From NCBI GenBank assembly GCA_032718475.1, contig JAUCBJ010004465.1, positions 12,864 to 76,863 on the forward strand: a stretch of DNA of 64,000 nt, written 5' to 3'. This stretch comes from Nemertoderma westbladi (Eukaryota; Animalia; Xenacoelomorpha). The notes under the pieces were generated by a model. That model was not told the DNA's origin. It made no database searches and worked only from the letters and a program-made list of their open reading frames with translations. Numbering within the stretch: position 1 is the stretch's first letter; each line of letters begins with the position of its first letter. Made by a program: the position numbers and the translations under genes. Below, one piece after another: positions 1 through 13,100 of this stretch.

Positions 1-1390
1 GAGTCCATAGCTTTCCAGTTCGCTTCTTGAACTGGGTTCCAGCCGAAAACAATCCATTTCCAGAGATAAAATCCTGAAGATGGACAGAATTTCGGTTAAC
101 ACTATTGCTATAGACCCAGGGCGATGTAGGTGATTGATGCAGACTTGCATTAAAGTCTCCCAGGAATGTTAAGAATGCATGCTGATCCACTCCATCACTA
201 GCTTCTTGTAGATTGTGGTAGAAATTTTCCACCTCCTCTACAGGGGCAACACTAGTTGGAGAGTAGCACACAATCAGAACCACCTTAGGAAACTTCTTAA
301 CCAGTCTTCCAGAACTTGAGAAGTGGCAACGGATGATGCGGTTAGAGATTTGGTCTATTTTGTCCAATGCTGCATGTGCAGTTGGATTCATCAATATACC
401 AATTCCACCATTGCCACTATCATCTGCTGACGCTAGGGCGAGTCGCCAACCGCCCCTCATGTCCTTAATCAGAACCTCATTAGTCTGTCCAGTCTGCATT
501 CGGTGCTCTTGAACACCCACTGCGCTAAGAGAAAGCTTATCTGCCAAGGCAGTCAGCTCACCTTGTCGCATTGGGGACCCAAGTGTTAGGGTGTTTACTG
601 AGGCTAGTCTAGTGACTTGCCTCAGATTCACCAATGACTTTGTTGGTCGGGGTGGAACATGAGAGTAGCCTCCAACTCCAGAATCCCTCTCCCCATCACA
701 ATCTGGCCTCCCTGGTGACCCAGGGTTTGGGCCAGAAAGGTCATCAGGAAAGGGACTCAAAGAATTGTTGGCTGCTCTCTCTCCAGTAGGGGGTGAGACA
801 GGCAGCCGGTCAGGAGATAACTGACGCCTGTGAGGCCGATTGTGTCCGGTAATTCCACTGGCCTCTAGTGGCCGGACCTCCGCATTACTAATATAATCCA
901 TAGTGGGGGTTGGGGGGAGCTTTTTTGCCGAGTCAGCTCTCGGGGCAAATACCACACCCTGGTTTGCCATTCCCCAGGGTGGGTATCGCAATGGAGTCAG
1001 ATATGAGGCCCATCACCCATATCTACTCTGGCGCACATGACCCACCATTGGCTGTTGCAGCTCATCTGCTGGGTCATGCCCTGTACCCCTGCTGCCAGGT
1101 GCAGGTCGCTGTGAAGTGCACTCAGAGTGGACATGAGAACACTCTACTCCTGACCAGCCATTGGTAGATCACCATCTGCCTGGCCATGCCATTTACCCCT
1201 GCAGCCAAGTATATGGGTCCTTAATCCAGGACCAAGGGCATCCTTATCCCAGAACGAAGGGGGTCCTAGTTACAGGACCAGATTTGCCCTAGTAAGAGGG
1301 TCTATGCAGCTACAGGTGGCACCTCCTTTATGCAGCATGGATGTGGCAAGTTTTCTTGATCAATGACCTAGAATACCTGGCCTGACCTGA
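1..1390 (-). mobile_element. 5' part of an RTE-like non-LTR retrotransposon: 5' UTR plus apurinic-type endonuclease ORF from ATG 901, running off the window
   Basis: Minus-strand translation gives APE motifs (LASVNTLTL, VGVQEHR, VCYSPT, LGDFNA). The 5' end TCAGGTCAGG matches the LINE 5' end at 58033. Confidence 0.85.
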
Positions 1391-2420
1391 TCCGGTACAC
1401 AGGTACTGCATTGAATCCTACTTCCGGTACACAGGTACTGCATTGAATCATACTTCCGGCATACATGTACTGTACTGTATTGAATCCTACTTCCGGTACA
1501 CAGGTACTGCATTGAATCCTACTTCCGGTACACAGGAACTGCATTGAATCCTACTTCCGGTACACAGGTACTGCATTGAATTCTACTTCCGGTACACAGA
1601 TACTGCTTTGAATGCTACTTCCGGTACACAGGAACTGCATTGAATTCTACTTCCGGTACACAGGTACTGCATTGAATCCTACTTCCGGTACACAGGTACT
1701 ACATTGAATCATACTTCCGGTACAGAGGTACTGCATTGAATCATACTTCCGGTTCACAGGTACTGCATTGAATCCTACTTCCGGTACATAGGTATTGCAT
1801 TGAATCCTACTTCCGGTTCACAGGTACTGCATTGAATCCTACTTCTGGTACACAGATACTGCATTGAATCATACTTCCGGTTCACAGGTACTGCATTGAA
1901 TCCTACTTCCGGTACACAGGTACTGCATTGAATCCTACTTCCGGTACACAGGTACTGCATTGAATCCTACTTCCGGTACACAGGTACTGCATTGAATCCT
2001 ACTTCCGGTTCACAGGTACTGCATTGAATCCTACTTCCGATACACAGGTACTGCATTGAATCCTACTTCCGGTACACAGGTACTGCATTGAATCCAACTT
2101 CCGGTTCACGGTACTGCATTGAATCCTACTTCCGGTACACAGGTACTGCATTGAATCATACTTCCGGTACAGAGGTACTGCATTGAATCATACTTACGAT
2201 TCACAGGTACTGCATTGAATCCTACTTCCGGTACACAGGTACTGCATTGAATCCTACTTCCGGTTCACAGGTACTGCATTGAATCCTACTGCTGGTACAC
2301 AGATACTGCATTGAATCATACTTGCGGTTCACAGGTACTGCATTGAATCCTACTTCCGGTACACAGGTACTGCATTGAATCCTACTTCCGGTACACAGGT
2401 ACTGCATTGAATCCTACTTC
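1391..2420 (+). repeat. 32-bp minisatellite (CTTCCGGTACACAGGTACTGCATTGAATCCTA), left part, about 32 units
   Basis: Directly visible tandem units; the array resumes at 34668 after the LTR element. Confidence 0.97.
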
Positions 2421-4131
2421 TGTGAGCGGATTCAATTCCGCCTCATTACCCCCATAAAGTTTGGAAGTGGCGCCTTTTTCAGCAATATTGGAGATACGAG
2501 ATTGATAACAACCAATCTCGTATCACACCCAATAACGGGGATAACTCATACCCCAAAAGCCACACAAAGGGAGGTTAGAGGTCAAACCACCTCGAGAGGG
2601 CAAGTAACCAACAGCGGGGGAGAACTACTACTACTACTACTAGGATCGGCATGCTGCATTGCAGCTGCATTTTTAAGAATGCTGTGCCGGCTTGTCAACA
2701 AAATTGCACCGCCACAACTCCCTATCACCCATGACATTTGCTAGATCATCCGCATCTTTAAGGCCAGTGTCCTTTAAGATGCGTCTCAAGAAAGTCATGG
2801 GCTGTCTACCATGCTTATTCACTCCATGAGGCTGCCAAAGTACAAGATTATGCACTGGCTGGTCCTCACGGCGAAAGCAATGTCCTGCAAAGCGGAGGCG
2901 ATTTTGTTCTAGTGTCAAGCTTGGGGGAACCAATGAGACACCTCCAATGTTATAGTGTCTGGTTGGAGATGTGTGCATTGTACTTGACACAATGTACCCG
3001 GCGTAGCATTCTTGTGAATGTGCCATCCAGAGATTTGGTGTCCTCAGCAGTTAGAGCCCAGCATGGACTCCCGTAGAGGAGTACTGGAACTACTGCTGCT
3101 CTAAATAATCGGACCTTAAGTTTCCGATTAATTCTAGGTGACTTCCAAATCCTGGAAAGCCTATTCAAGGCTGCCCATGCCTTTCCCTTACGTATTCGAA
3201 GGTCCTCACCTGACTTCCGGATCCATGATCCCAGGTAACAGAAGTCGTCCACATGCTCAAGCATACCATCCTTTGAGCTTATGCTCATCCGATCAGAGAC
3301 TTGCTGAGGACTTTCAAAGTTAACTGTCAGAATTTTGGTCTTTCTGGAGTTAATAAAAAGACCAACACTAGAAGCAGCATGTTCTAATGAGCTGAGGAGC
3401 CGCTGGGCTCCCTCTAATGATTCTGAGAGTACTCCTAAGTCATCAGCAAAGTCTAGATCAGTTAGGTACGTGGCAGGATTTCCTCGACTTCTGGAGCCAG
3501 TAGGTGGAGTTAACATCACCCCATCATCATTATGATGATCTAAGGACATGCGTAGAACATAGTCAACCACAATAATGAACAAGAATGGTGCAAGTGTGTC
3601 TCCTTGGAGGACGCCCCATAACACTTCAAATGGTTCTGTGTCACCATCAACAGTAGACACAAATGTTGTCGAACCATCGTATACTGATCTGATTGCTGCA
3701 ATAATTTCATCAGGAATCCCATATAATGAAAGTATGAAAGAAGCACTCCCACAGAGGTGAGATGCGTGAAGTAGGTTATGAGCCAGCGGGGGAGAGTATC
3801 CACTGGACAAAGGCCACAGTAGTGTACTAATTATACATATATTATCCTGCTACCGGTCAGTTAATCAGTTTACTCAGTCATTCAGTTCAGTGCAGACTGG
3901 TGATATCTTTTACCGTCACTGTCACCACATATCATCAATATTATCACTACTGGTACACTGGTATTATCGATATCATATTAACTGTGCTACTATTTACTAT
4001 TATTAATTTACTATACTATATTATCAATTATCGATCGAATATCAAGACGGTAACAACAAACTTTATATCATTTCAAATACCACAGTGACGCGTAATCTGA
4101 CAACCGGTCGGGATCCCTTGATCCCGTCACA
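2421..4131 (+). repeat. 5' LTR of element A, interrupted by an RTE insertion
   Basis: TGTGAGCGG...CCCGTCACA, near-identical to 34069-34667 once 2625-3738 is removed. Confidence 0.93.
2625..3738 (-). mobile_element. 5'-truncated RTE-like LINE (RT C-terminal half, frameshifted), (TAG)n tail
   Basis: RT motifs GVLQGDTLAPFLF, LDFADD and FCYLGS. (CTA)n tail on the + strand at 2625-2643. Absent from the 3' LTR. Possible short TSD AGAA. Confidence 0.9.
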
Positions 4132-4158
4132 GTAAAAGATATCCCAACACTATAAACT

Positions 4159-5712
4159 GTGACTGCCAGGAAAGATGAGCACAGGGCAACAAGGATTGTC
4201 GGAGGGAGAGAGGACACCGCCGCGGACCCCGGACGATACCAACCAAACGACCCGCGAGGCCGCGACGCAACGGTACCGACCTGCGACGCTGGATTCGCCG
4301 ACGAGAGACGATCTGGCAGTCTAAGTGGAGGGCGGCCGTCTACCACGAGAAAGGGACGAGTCGAGGCACGACGGCGGTCGAAGTACCGAAGTCGCCGGCC
4401 AGCCACAGGCCGAGGGTGATGGACGGCCCACCGGAACGGCGGCGGTGGGGCCGCCGGTACGATGCCGAACCAGGAGAGGAGGAGGAGATACGAAGAACGC
4501 CACAAAGAAACAGCTCAAGGAGGCCAGAGAGGGGGCGAAGGTAAACCAAGGGAAGTTGAGCCAGTGGCTAGGTGAGTCGAACAAACATTTCAGATATCTA
4601 GTCCGTTTTGGGCAGGGAGAACTGGCGAGTGAGAGAGCGAGGGGGGTCGTCACCGAACTATTCGAACTGTGGTGATCCGGGGTTATGGAGCGTGAAGTAG
4701 TGTACGTAGGGCTGTATTTAGTGGATGCTAGGGGAATTAAGTTAGTGGGTTGGGCAGATCCGCATGAGGGCGAACCCGAGGTTAACCCCGAGGATTCGGT
4801 CTCGTCGGTTAGTGAGAACCCCAGAAAGTGGGGGAAAGTTAGTAGGACAGGGAGGCAATGAGAGTCCGTCGCTACCGATAAGTCCGCTACATCCTCCACG
4901 AAAGCAAGAAGGGTGTTAGAAATAGATCTGGCGTGTCAATTAGACATGGTGGCGCTAGACCAGAAAGAATTAGAGAGGCAGTTGGATGAGGGAACTGCGC
5001 TGTTGGAGAAAGAGAGGGAGTTGGCGAGGTAGTGTAGAGAGAGGGACGAGAGGGTAGCGAGAAATTGTAGAGAACAAGAAGACAGAGAGGCAGAGGAACG
5101 TAAGGAGCAAGAAACGAGAGTAGAGGAGGAACGTAAGGAGCGAGAAACGAGAGTAGAGAAGGAACATAAGGAGCGAGAAACGAGGATAGAGGAGGAACGT
5201 AAAGAGTGAGAAACGAGAATAGAGGGGGAACATAAAGAGCGAGAAATGAGAGTGGAGAACGAGTGCAAAGAACGAGAAGTGAGAGAGGCAGCGAGGGTGG
5301 AGAGAGAAACAAATGAATATAGAGAGCGGGAGGCGAGAGTAGAGAGCGAACGTAGAGAGTGGGTGGTGAGAGAAACAGAGTTAGCGAACCAGAGTTTGCG
5401 AGAGAGAGAGCGGGAAAGCGCATGCGGGATGATACGCATGCCCGGTTGAGGGGGCTTATGCAATAACAGGCCAAACAGAAGCGCCGACTAGAACTGGCGC
5501 AGTTGGGACTATCAGAGAGTGAGGCTGGCTCGGGTAGTATTTACGAGGAGCCACAGGTTATGGAAATGTTTGTTAATACCCCACTTACAGGGACCGGGCG
5601 ACAAACCCAAGACTGGTGTAACCGTACGGGCAGGGGGGGGGGGGGGGGGTAATAACAATAAGTTAGAAGACGTTAATATTAATAGTACCGTAGTAGACAA
5701 CCCTAATCAAAC
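4159..5712 (+). pseudogene. Decayed N-terminal, coiled-coil-like part of element A gag; continues at 22604
   Basis: Broken R/E-rich ORF pieces homologous to element C 59826-61100. The sequence joins 22604 onward when element B is removed. Confidence 0.6.
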
Positions 5713-6887
5713 TGTTCGCGCTTTCAGACCTTTAGCAGTTTAACCTGCCAAATTTGGATGTCTTCTAGATTATAAATCGACTTTAGCCTATGACGAGTAT
5801 TTGATACACTACATTAGCCGAAGCCAGTCTATGCGCGACCATTCACCCGCTGGATATACCCGGGAGACTGGATTCGGAAGCTTTGACCTTATTGCGGTGT
5901 AGGCCTACTGTATTATTCGACTGATTGTTAATATCTAATTTCTGACCAATATTATTCACTTTCGGGAAATATTAACAGTTCCTTTAGGACGTGGCGCTCT
6001 AAATATGTAAACAGAGTTATGACTTACACTAGACACAACGGGATGGCTATTGGTTCACGTATAAAGCGCATTCTTTAGGAGATGCTTTGTTATCAGTCAC
6101 AATCATGCACACTACCGCACAATACTGCACACCGATCTGCCGACCTTCACTAATTTTAGTCACATATAAAGAGAACAGCAACCGACTCATGTAGTGCCTA
6201 TGAAATAGCATTACATTCACTCCAAAACCACTTTAATGTAAGTCGCAATTGTTATATGTAACCGGTCTCTTACCTTCAGTATATCAAGAAGATTGGGGGT
6301 TTTATAATTATTTATCGGTATTATCCAAATATAATAATATTCCATCAACTGATATAATTAATAACCGATAGTAAATAGCAGTAAAAATGCGGTGTTTGTA
6401 GTTGACAATATGATTTGACACACTGACTTGTGATTAGATAACAGTTATATGTTTCTATGACCAAAGCCTACTAATGTTTGGCTAAAGCCTGAAACACAGA
6501 AACTCCAAAGCCGGTCTTCTGGCTGTGGACAAAATACACATACTGACTGCATTGCATGAGTTTCTGTATACAATCTCCAACACAGAGTCAAAAAACGCTC
6601 TGATTGGTCGACCGAACAAAGAACGAACAAAGAACAAAGAAAAAGTTACACGTGTACATATCAGCTGTTAGATGTCGTCATGGTAACTACACTGTATCAA
6701 GAGGATTTTGGCTTATTGCGACATAAGATCTCTAGTTATGTCCGCTAAAGTACACATACAGAAGAAATGGCTTTTTATGTCCACTAAAACACCGGTACAG
6801 TAAGGAAACGGCTTTTTATGTCCGTTAAAACACCTACAGAGTACTTTGCGGGGAAAATAACTAGCTAGATCCGCAAAAGCCTTTACA
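5713..6887 (-). repeat. 3' LTR of element B (about 1175 bp)
   Basis: Direct repeat of 21426-22598; purine tract TGGGAGCGG adjoins it on the minus strand. Confidence 0.93.
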
Positions 6888-6965
6888 CCGCTCCCAGAAA
6901 ATGGGATTTAATTCTATAAAATATAAAAAATCACAGTTTCTAAAATATAAAAATACTCTAAACAG

Positions 6966-8517
6966 TTAGTTTTTCTTGCGCGGACGGCGTTTACGCAGTT
7001 TTTTGAGGCTAGCAAGTGTCCTTTTCTCTTTGGGGCGAGCCACTTTACTAGGAGGGCTGTAACTCCTGGGTGAAGGGTGCAATACAATTGCATCAGAAGG
7101 TTTAGGGTTACGGTCGGTGTATCCGCCGGTCGAGGTACCTGGTTGATCTATATCAACCTCAGTGGAACGAGGTCGAACAACCTTGAGAGCGCATTTTAAG
7201 ACAGTAGCTCTTATTGGTCCTTGACGATTCGTCTGCACAAGAGCGGTAGGTGGACCGTGTGTAGTGAGAAATTTCCTCGGTTTGATGATTCTTTTCAACT
7301 CGCGTTCTCGCACTCTATCGGAATCGATATGCTTCTCCTCGAGCTGATTTTCCTCCGCTTGTTGTCGGAAGCATTCGTCTAAACTCTTGCAGAAAGTAGA
7401 GCCATCCAGGTTCGATATCTTCTTAGAGATTCTGGATTTCCTGATCGAACTGAGATAAAGCTAATTCGTTTACCGCTTGGACTTGTTGCTACAATTTACG
7501 TTTCTCTAAACAATTGTAGGTTCCTTTTCCGATCTTTTGAATAATAGTGTCCAACGCGTTTCGTACAACTCTCTCCTCCGCCTCGGTGACAGGTTGTATC
7601 GGGTTAATCCGGGACGATGATACGGTTGAATGGCGATATTAGATGTCCGCGTCCCAATCCGGCTAGGTAAGATGGGCGAATATTTAGGGAGACCACAACC
7701 GGAGTGCCACCGACTAACTGTTCGGGTAACACTAGATCTTGAACAGTGAGTACAGTTCGGGAGGATCCGTGATACTATTAGGATCAAGAGTCTGAGGTCT
7801 AACTAGGGAATGAGGAGGTCTGACCGAGTATTCCGGAACTCTGATCATAGGTTTATTTAAGGATCGTTTGAATCGAGCGAGCATAGGTGATACATCGAAC
7901 AAGTTTCGCTCGAAACTCCCGTAAATATAGCGAGTAAAACCGTGTTTAAAGCAACGTCTCCGCGGATGTTTATGTCTTTCCGTTTGTTGGTTGGGTCTTG
8001 GGCATTCATCGCAATAATACCAAAGACGCACGTCTTGTAGGGTAAACGCGGGTGACATTTATTCGGTTTTACAACGTTTCTCTCAAGAATTCCAAATATA
8101 CGTTGGAGTTACTGCGTTTATCCGGTTCTTTAACGTCTTCTCTTTCGAGTCGATTTCGAATAGAATTTTCGCATTCGATTTTCAGTTCATCGTTCCGACT
8201 CCGCTGGGTAGGATACTCAAAGCAGTACCATTTCCCTTTCGGTGTCGACATCGTCCGTATTGTGTAAATCGATAGGATGACCAGTAGTTAAGAAGTCCAT
8301 AAGCGTACCATTACGATGCGTATAGCGAGCAGTGAATTTTTTCGATAGTCCAATTCACGCGTAAGTTGCTACTGGGACATCGGCAGTTCGATATAACGAC
8401 CATCGTCCTCCGTAGTAGTTGGACTAGCGTCGCTGCGTATCAAGCTATCAACAAACGATTGCAACGGTAGAGTATATTTCTCCCTGATACCAAGATCATC
8501 TTCTATCAACTGCGTCA
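6966..8517 (-). pseudogene. Decayed extra ORF(s) between integrase and 3' LTR of element B, unknown function
   Basis: Chain of same-strand ORF fragments (8069-8251, 7732-8058, 7506-7787, 6966-7313) with CxxC motifs and a basic C-terminus. Confidence 0.45.
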
Positions 8518-10151
8518 TAGCTGCTATATGAGTTTATCAATATTATAATTAGTTATAATTAGGCTAGCGGGTGTCGCTGCCTACCCCTCTCGGCCCCCAG
8601 ACAGCGCAAGATTCTCAGCGCTGGTGTACTTTCGCCGATGTGCCTATCGCCAACATCGTAGCTGCACAACGACCACAACAACCAGCGCGAGTCACTCCAC
8701 CGTCCGTCCCAAAGGCTTAGATTTACTTCAGGTTCTTACTGGAGAGTTAGGGCTACTTTCACAATTGCGACTCGCTACTGTAAACACACTTTAGTAGTAA
8801 CATTCACCTATAAATGCACAAATTCCACACAACTGTCACAAACCGCACACATTCGGGCCATTTGTACGTTAGTCAAGTGCCTTCCAGAATGTCACGTTAT
8901 TATTGGGTATCTTTAGATACTAGCAGTGTGCTATTTTATTCCTTATGCTATTCAATGGGGCAAGCCTTTATTGTTCTTTTAACTCACTTCTAATTCTAGC
9001 GTGGTTGTTGCCATGGTGACATTATGGAAAGCTAGCAGTAGAATTAGAGTAATTCTCATGCATACAGATCTGGGATGCTATTTAATAGTAATTCTTTAAT
9101 TGTCAATATTCCTCTTTATACATGATTTTATGAATTTTATCGGCTATTGACTATATATTGGAGATTCTCGCACACTAATACACTTAATAGAGTGAATCTC
9201 CGCTCCCATGATCTATTAATTAATGGAATTTTGGGAATGTTATAAATTGTATAAAAATGACAATTTATCAAATTCATTAAAACATGAATTTAAATTTATT
9301 CCCGTAAATTTTATTATTTAATATTAAATAGACACAATTTTATTCCAGAACATGTCTGGGGACTAGGATCCTTGATTCTAGGAAATTGGTCTTTTTAAGA
9401 ATATCGGTAAGTGCTACGATATCTTAATAGACTAGAATTTTAAAGGATCTAAAATTTGACAGATTTTGTAAATATTAATAATTAATATTTAGGATGGGCA
9501 CCAGTTTATTCCAGAACTTGTCTGGGGATGTTAACCACTGATTCTAGAATTTTGTCTTTCAAGTATATCGGTGGGTGCCGCGATATCTTAATCGACTAGA
9601 ATTACAGATGGTCAAGGGTTTAACAGATTTATTTGCGTTGTACGCTACTGTTAAAGGGACATCACGCTACTATATGTATTATTTAATATACGGTATGAGA
9701 GCAATATCGCACGAAGCAATGTCAGTGAGAAGAGGCAAGTCGTTTCCAAGGTCTACCCAGAGCTTGGTTTAGCCGAGACACGAGGATCTGAATTTTGCAT
9801 TCCTAATACTCTACTTTACCAATAATACTTGAATATAGTAGGAGCTTTATTGTACTTTAATAAGTACGGATATTTCATCTTACTGTAGTTACGTATTTGT
9901 AATGTAATACGGACAGTAAGGAAAGATAAAAAGAATTATTTCTCGCCGTCGCTGTAAATATATAATATATAAGTAATTAAGTAATAAACACTAATATATA
10001 TTGCACTAATCTACTAAATAATCGCTAAAATAACATTCTACTAAATAAAATTAAAGAAAACGATTATAATAAAATTACATAATAATACGTAGCTAAATAT
10101 AAAATAATAAGAATATAAAATAATATAGTCACACACCCACTCCAGCCGTTG

Positions 10152-13100
10152 TTAAGTTGGGGAGTCCCTAGATGTTTGCTGGATTAGGGAGGTGGTCGTG
10201 GGAAGAGTATCTTGCCTTCCATAGTTTCCGGAGAGTTCTCTGTCTCTTTCCAATAAACATAAACGACCAACTGGGCGATTGAGCTGCTGTGTCTCGAAGA
10301 CAATTCCCGGTTTCTTGAAGTTACGTCGCATGACGACGAGTTCTACCGATCGCACCAAACCATCATCCGAGATGTGAGTCTCGATGATACGACCTGTCTG
10401 CCACCGCTTACGTGGAAGATCTGAATCCACAATAAGGACCATGTCTCCAGCGCTGACGTTTTCTTGCTGCGCAAACCACTTAGTTCGAAGTTGTAGCGTG
10501 GGCAGATAATGTTTTTCGAAATGGTCAGCGAAACGACGGGATAACAACTGCATAAGTTGCCAAGTTTGTCGGCAGTATTCGTCTCCGTCTGTGATTTCCG
10601 ATCGTGGGAGCATGGCTACAGGTTTCTTCAGTAGGAAGTGCGCGGGTGTTAGCGCTTCCAGGGAATCGGGACTCGAGGAGACTGGCATAAGCGGTCTCTC
10701 GTTGAGATAGGCATCGATTTCTTCCATTAACGTCTGCAAAAGTTCGTCGGTGAGATACGCGCGACAAGGCACTATAAAGTGAAATGTGGTTTTCACGCTC
10801 CTGATTAATCTCTCCCAACTTCCTCCCCACCAAAGGGCGTCGGCGGCGTTGAAGGTCCAGCTAGACGCTGTTACCCTTAGCTGATCGTCCACCTGTCTTT
10901 GGTTCCAATCTTTAACGTAAGTTTTGATTTCATTGTTAGCACCAATGAAGTTTGTTCCCTTATCAGATCTCATCGTGTTACTAGTTCCAAAGCGAGTGAT
11001 CTGTCGTCGTAAGCTCAATAGGAAGCTGTTGGTAGATAAATCGTTCACCATATCGAGATGGATAGCTCTACAAGTCATACAAACAAAGATGACACACCAT
11101 CTCTTGACTATAGTCCTAGCACGATATACTTCAATAGGGCCAAATAAATCTACACCTGTATTAGTAAAGGGTGGTTCATAGAAGCTTACTCGTTCCCTAG
11201 GTAATTCTGCCTCTCGCTGTGTTAAAGGCCTACTGAATGCTTTCCTACAGGGTATGCAGTTCCTAAGAACTTGGTTCAGAGCTCTACGGGGTTTATAAAA
11301 ATAATAGCGAGTTCAAATTTCGCTAAGAACTCGTTCTCTACCAGCATGATAAAGTTTGCTGTGAACATCTACAATCATCTTGATTTGTATTTCAAGATTT
11401 CTAATGAGTATGGGAAATTTAGTGTCAAAGGATAATGGAGCATTAGTTAATCTTCCTCCAACACGGATCAACCCATCTATCATTGTGCTAGAGAAACGAT
11501 CCCTTAAGCGCATCTGTGGATTTCTCAACAACAGGAAATACTTATCGGAATCCTCATAGCATTGCATGAGTCTCAGCATCTGCTTGTTGGTTTCTTCATG
11601 CTCCTGATAACTGATCTTCTCCTTCAGAAACCTGTCGGATATCTTATATTTGGGAAGATCTTTAACAACATGGACCTGCACAGATGTTAGTGGAGCGGTA
11701 TCACTATTGGTCTTCGCCCTGGAGTAGTGATGATGAAAACATCGCTTTAAATATGTAACGGCCTTACAGAGCCGATTCCAGGAACTGTAGTGATATATCG
11801 CTCTCTGCAGGAGAGGTGAGAGTCCTTGCGAGACATCTGGTATTCCAGATTTCCAATCCTTCTCTCTGATTTCTACAACAGACTTATTTGTGGCTGTGGG
11901 TTTCGGATCCAAAGCGTCGTCTCCGATAGTGTGTAGTACAGACAGATCTACCACGGGTTTAAATAACTTCGATTTACTCGCCCGAGTTTTAGGTTTGACT
12001 TTCTCCGCTCCCTTGGCCTGTCTAATCTCTGCCGTAATAAGATGAGGAGGCCATTCATCCTCTTCTTTGCTTAGGAAGTCGGGTCCACCTAACCAGTCTG
12101 GAGTATCTATCAGTTCTTGTGGAGTTGCTCCCCTGGAGGCGATGTCTGCTGGATTAATCGCTCCGGGGCAATGTCTCCATTGATCCATCTTCGTGCGACT
12201 AAGTATAATGGCTACTCTGTTGGTAACGAAGACGCTGAACTGACAGACTTCATTGATTATATACTCCAACACGAGTAAAGCATCGGTCCAATAGACAGTT
12301 TTCTCCAGTGGATAGTCGATCTGTTCTGTTACATTCCGGCCGATGGCTGTAGCGTATAAAGCCGCTTTTAACTCCGCTCGAGGAACTTTCAACTTGTTGT
12401 TTATCAATGCCTTAGAGGTAACCAAGGTGACTTTGATTCCATCCGGAGTTTCCACTCTTAGGTAGGCTACTATACCTATTCCCATATCGCTGGCGTCTCC
12501 AAACATATGGAGTTGATAGGAATACGTAGGGAGAACATGACCAAAATATGAACGGGAAATTATAAAGTTCTCAATGGCTGGTAGAGAATCTTCCCATTTC
12601 ATTCACTTCTTTAATAATTCTCCCTTAAGTGGATCGTCCCATGAGTGGTTTTCAAGCCACATTTGTTGTACTAAACTCCGAGCAATCAATATAACTGGGC
12701 TAATAATTCCCAATGGATCGAAATAAGTGCTCAGGATACTTAAACAAATCCGTTTAGTCCGAACTGGATTATCTCGCTGTTTTAGCTGGAAAAACAGGAT
12801 ATCTCTCTCTGTGTCCCATTTCAAACCAAGTGTCTTGGTTTCTGGAAGATCATCTTTGATTAGGACTAGGTCTTTCGCTCCTCGATCTTCTACCGGGATC
12901 GATTCCAGAAACTCACGGGAGTTGCTGGTGAATTTAGTTAATCGAAATCCACCTCTTTTTAAGCACTCTACCGTTCCTTTGGCGACATCAATGGCTTCTT
13001 CCACAGATGGAATGGACTTTAAATTGTCGTCCATGTATATATCCCGTTTGATGTTGTCGATCACCTCTTTTGAGAAGGCTTCCCGGTTGTCATCAGCAGT

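Noticed and set aside
1391-2420. CRISPR-like array (32-bp repeats)
   Set aside because: The units are head-to-tail with no spacers, there are no cas genes, and the context is eukaryotic.
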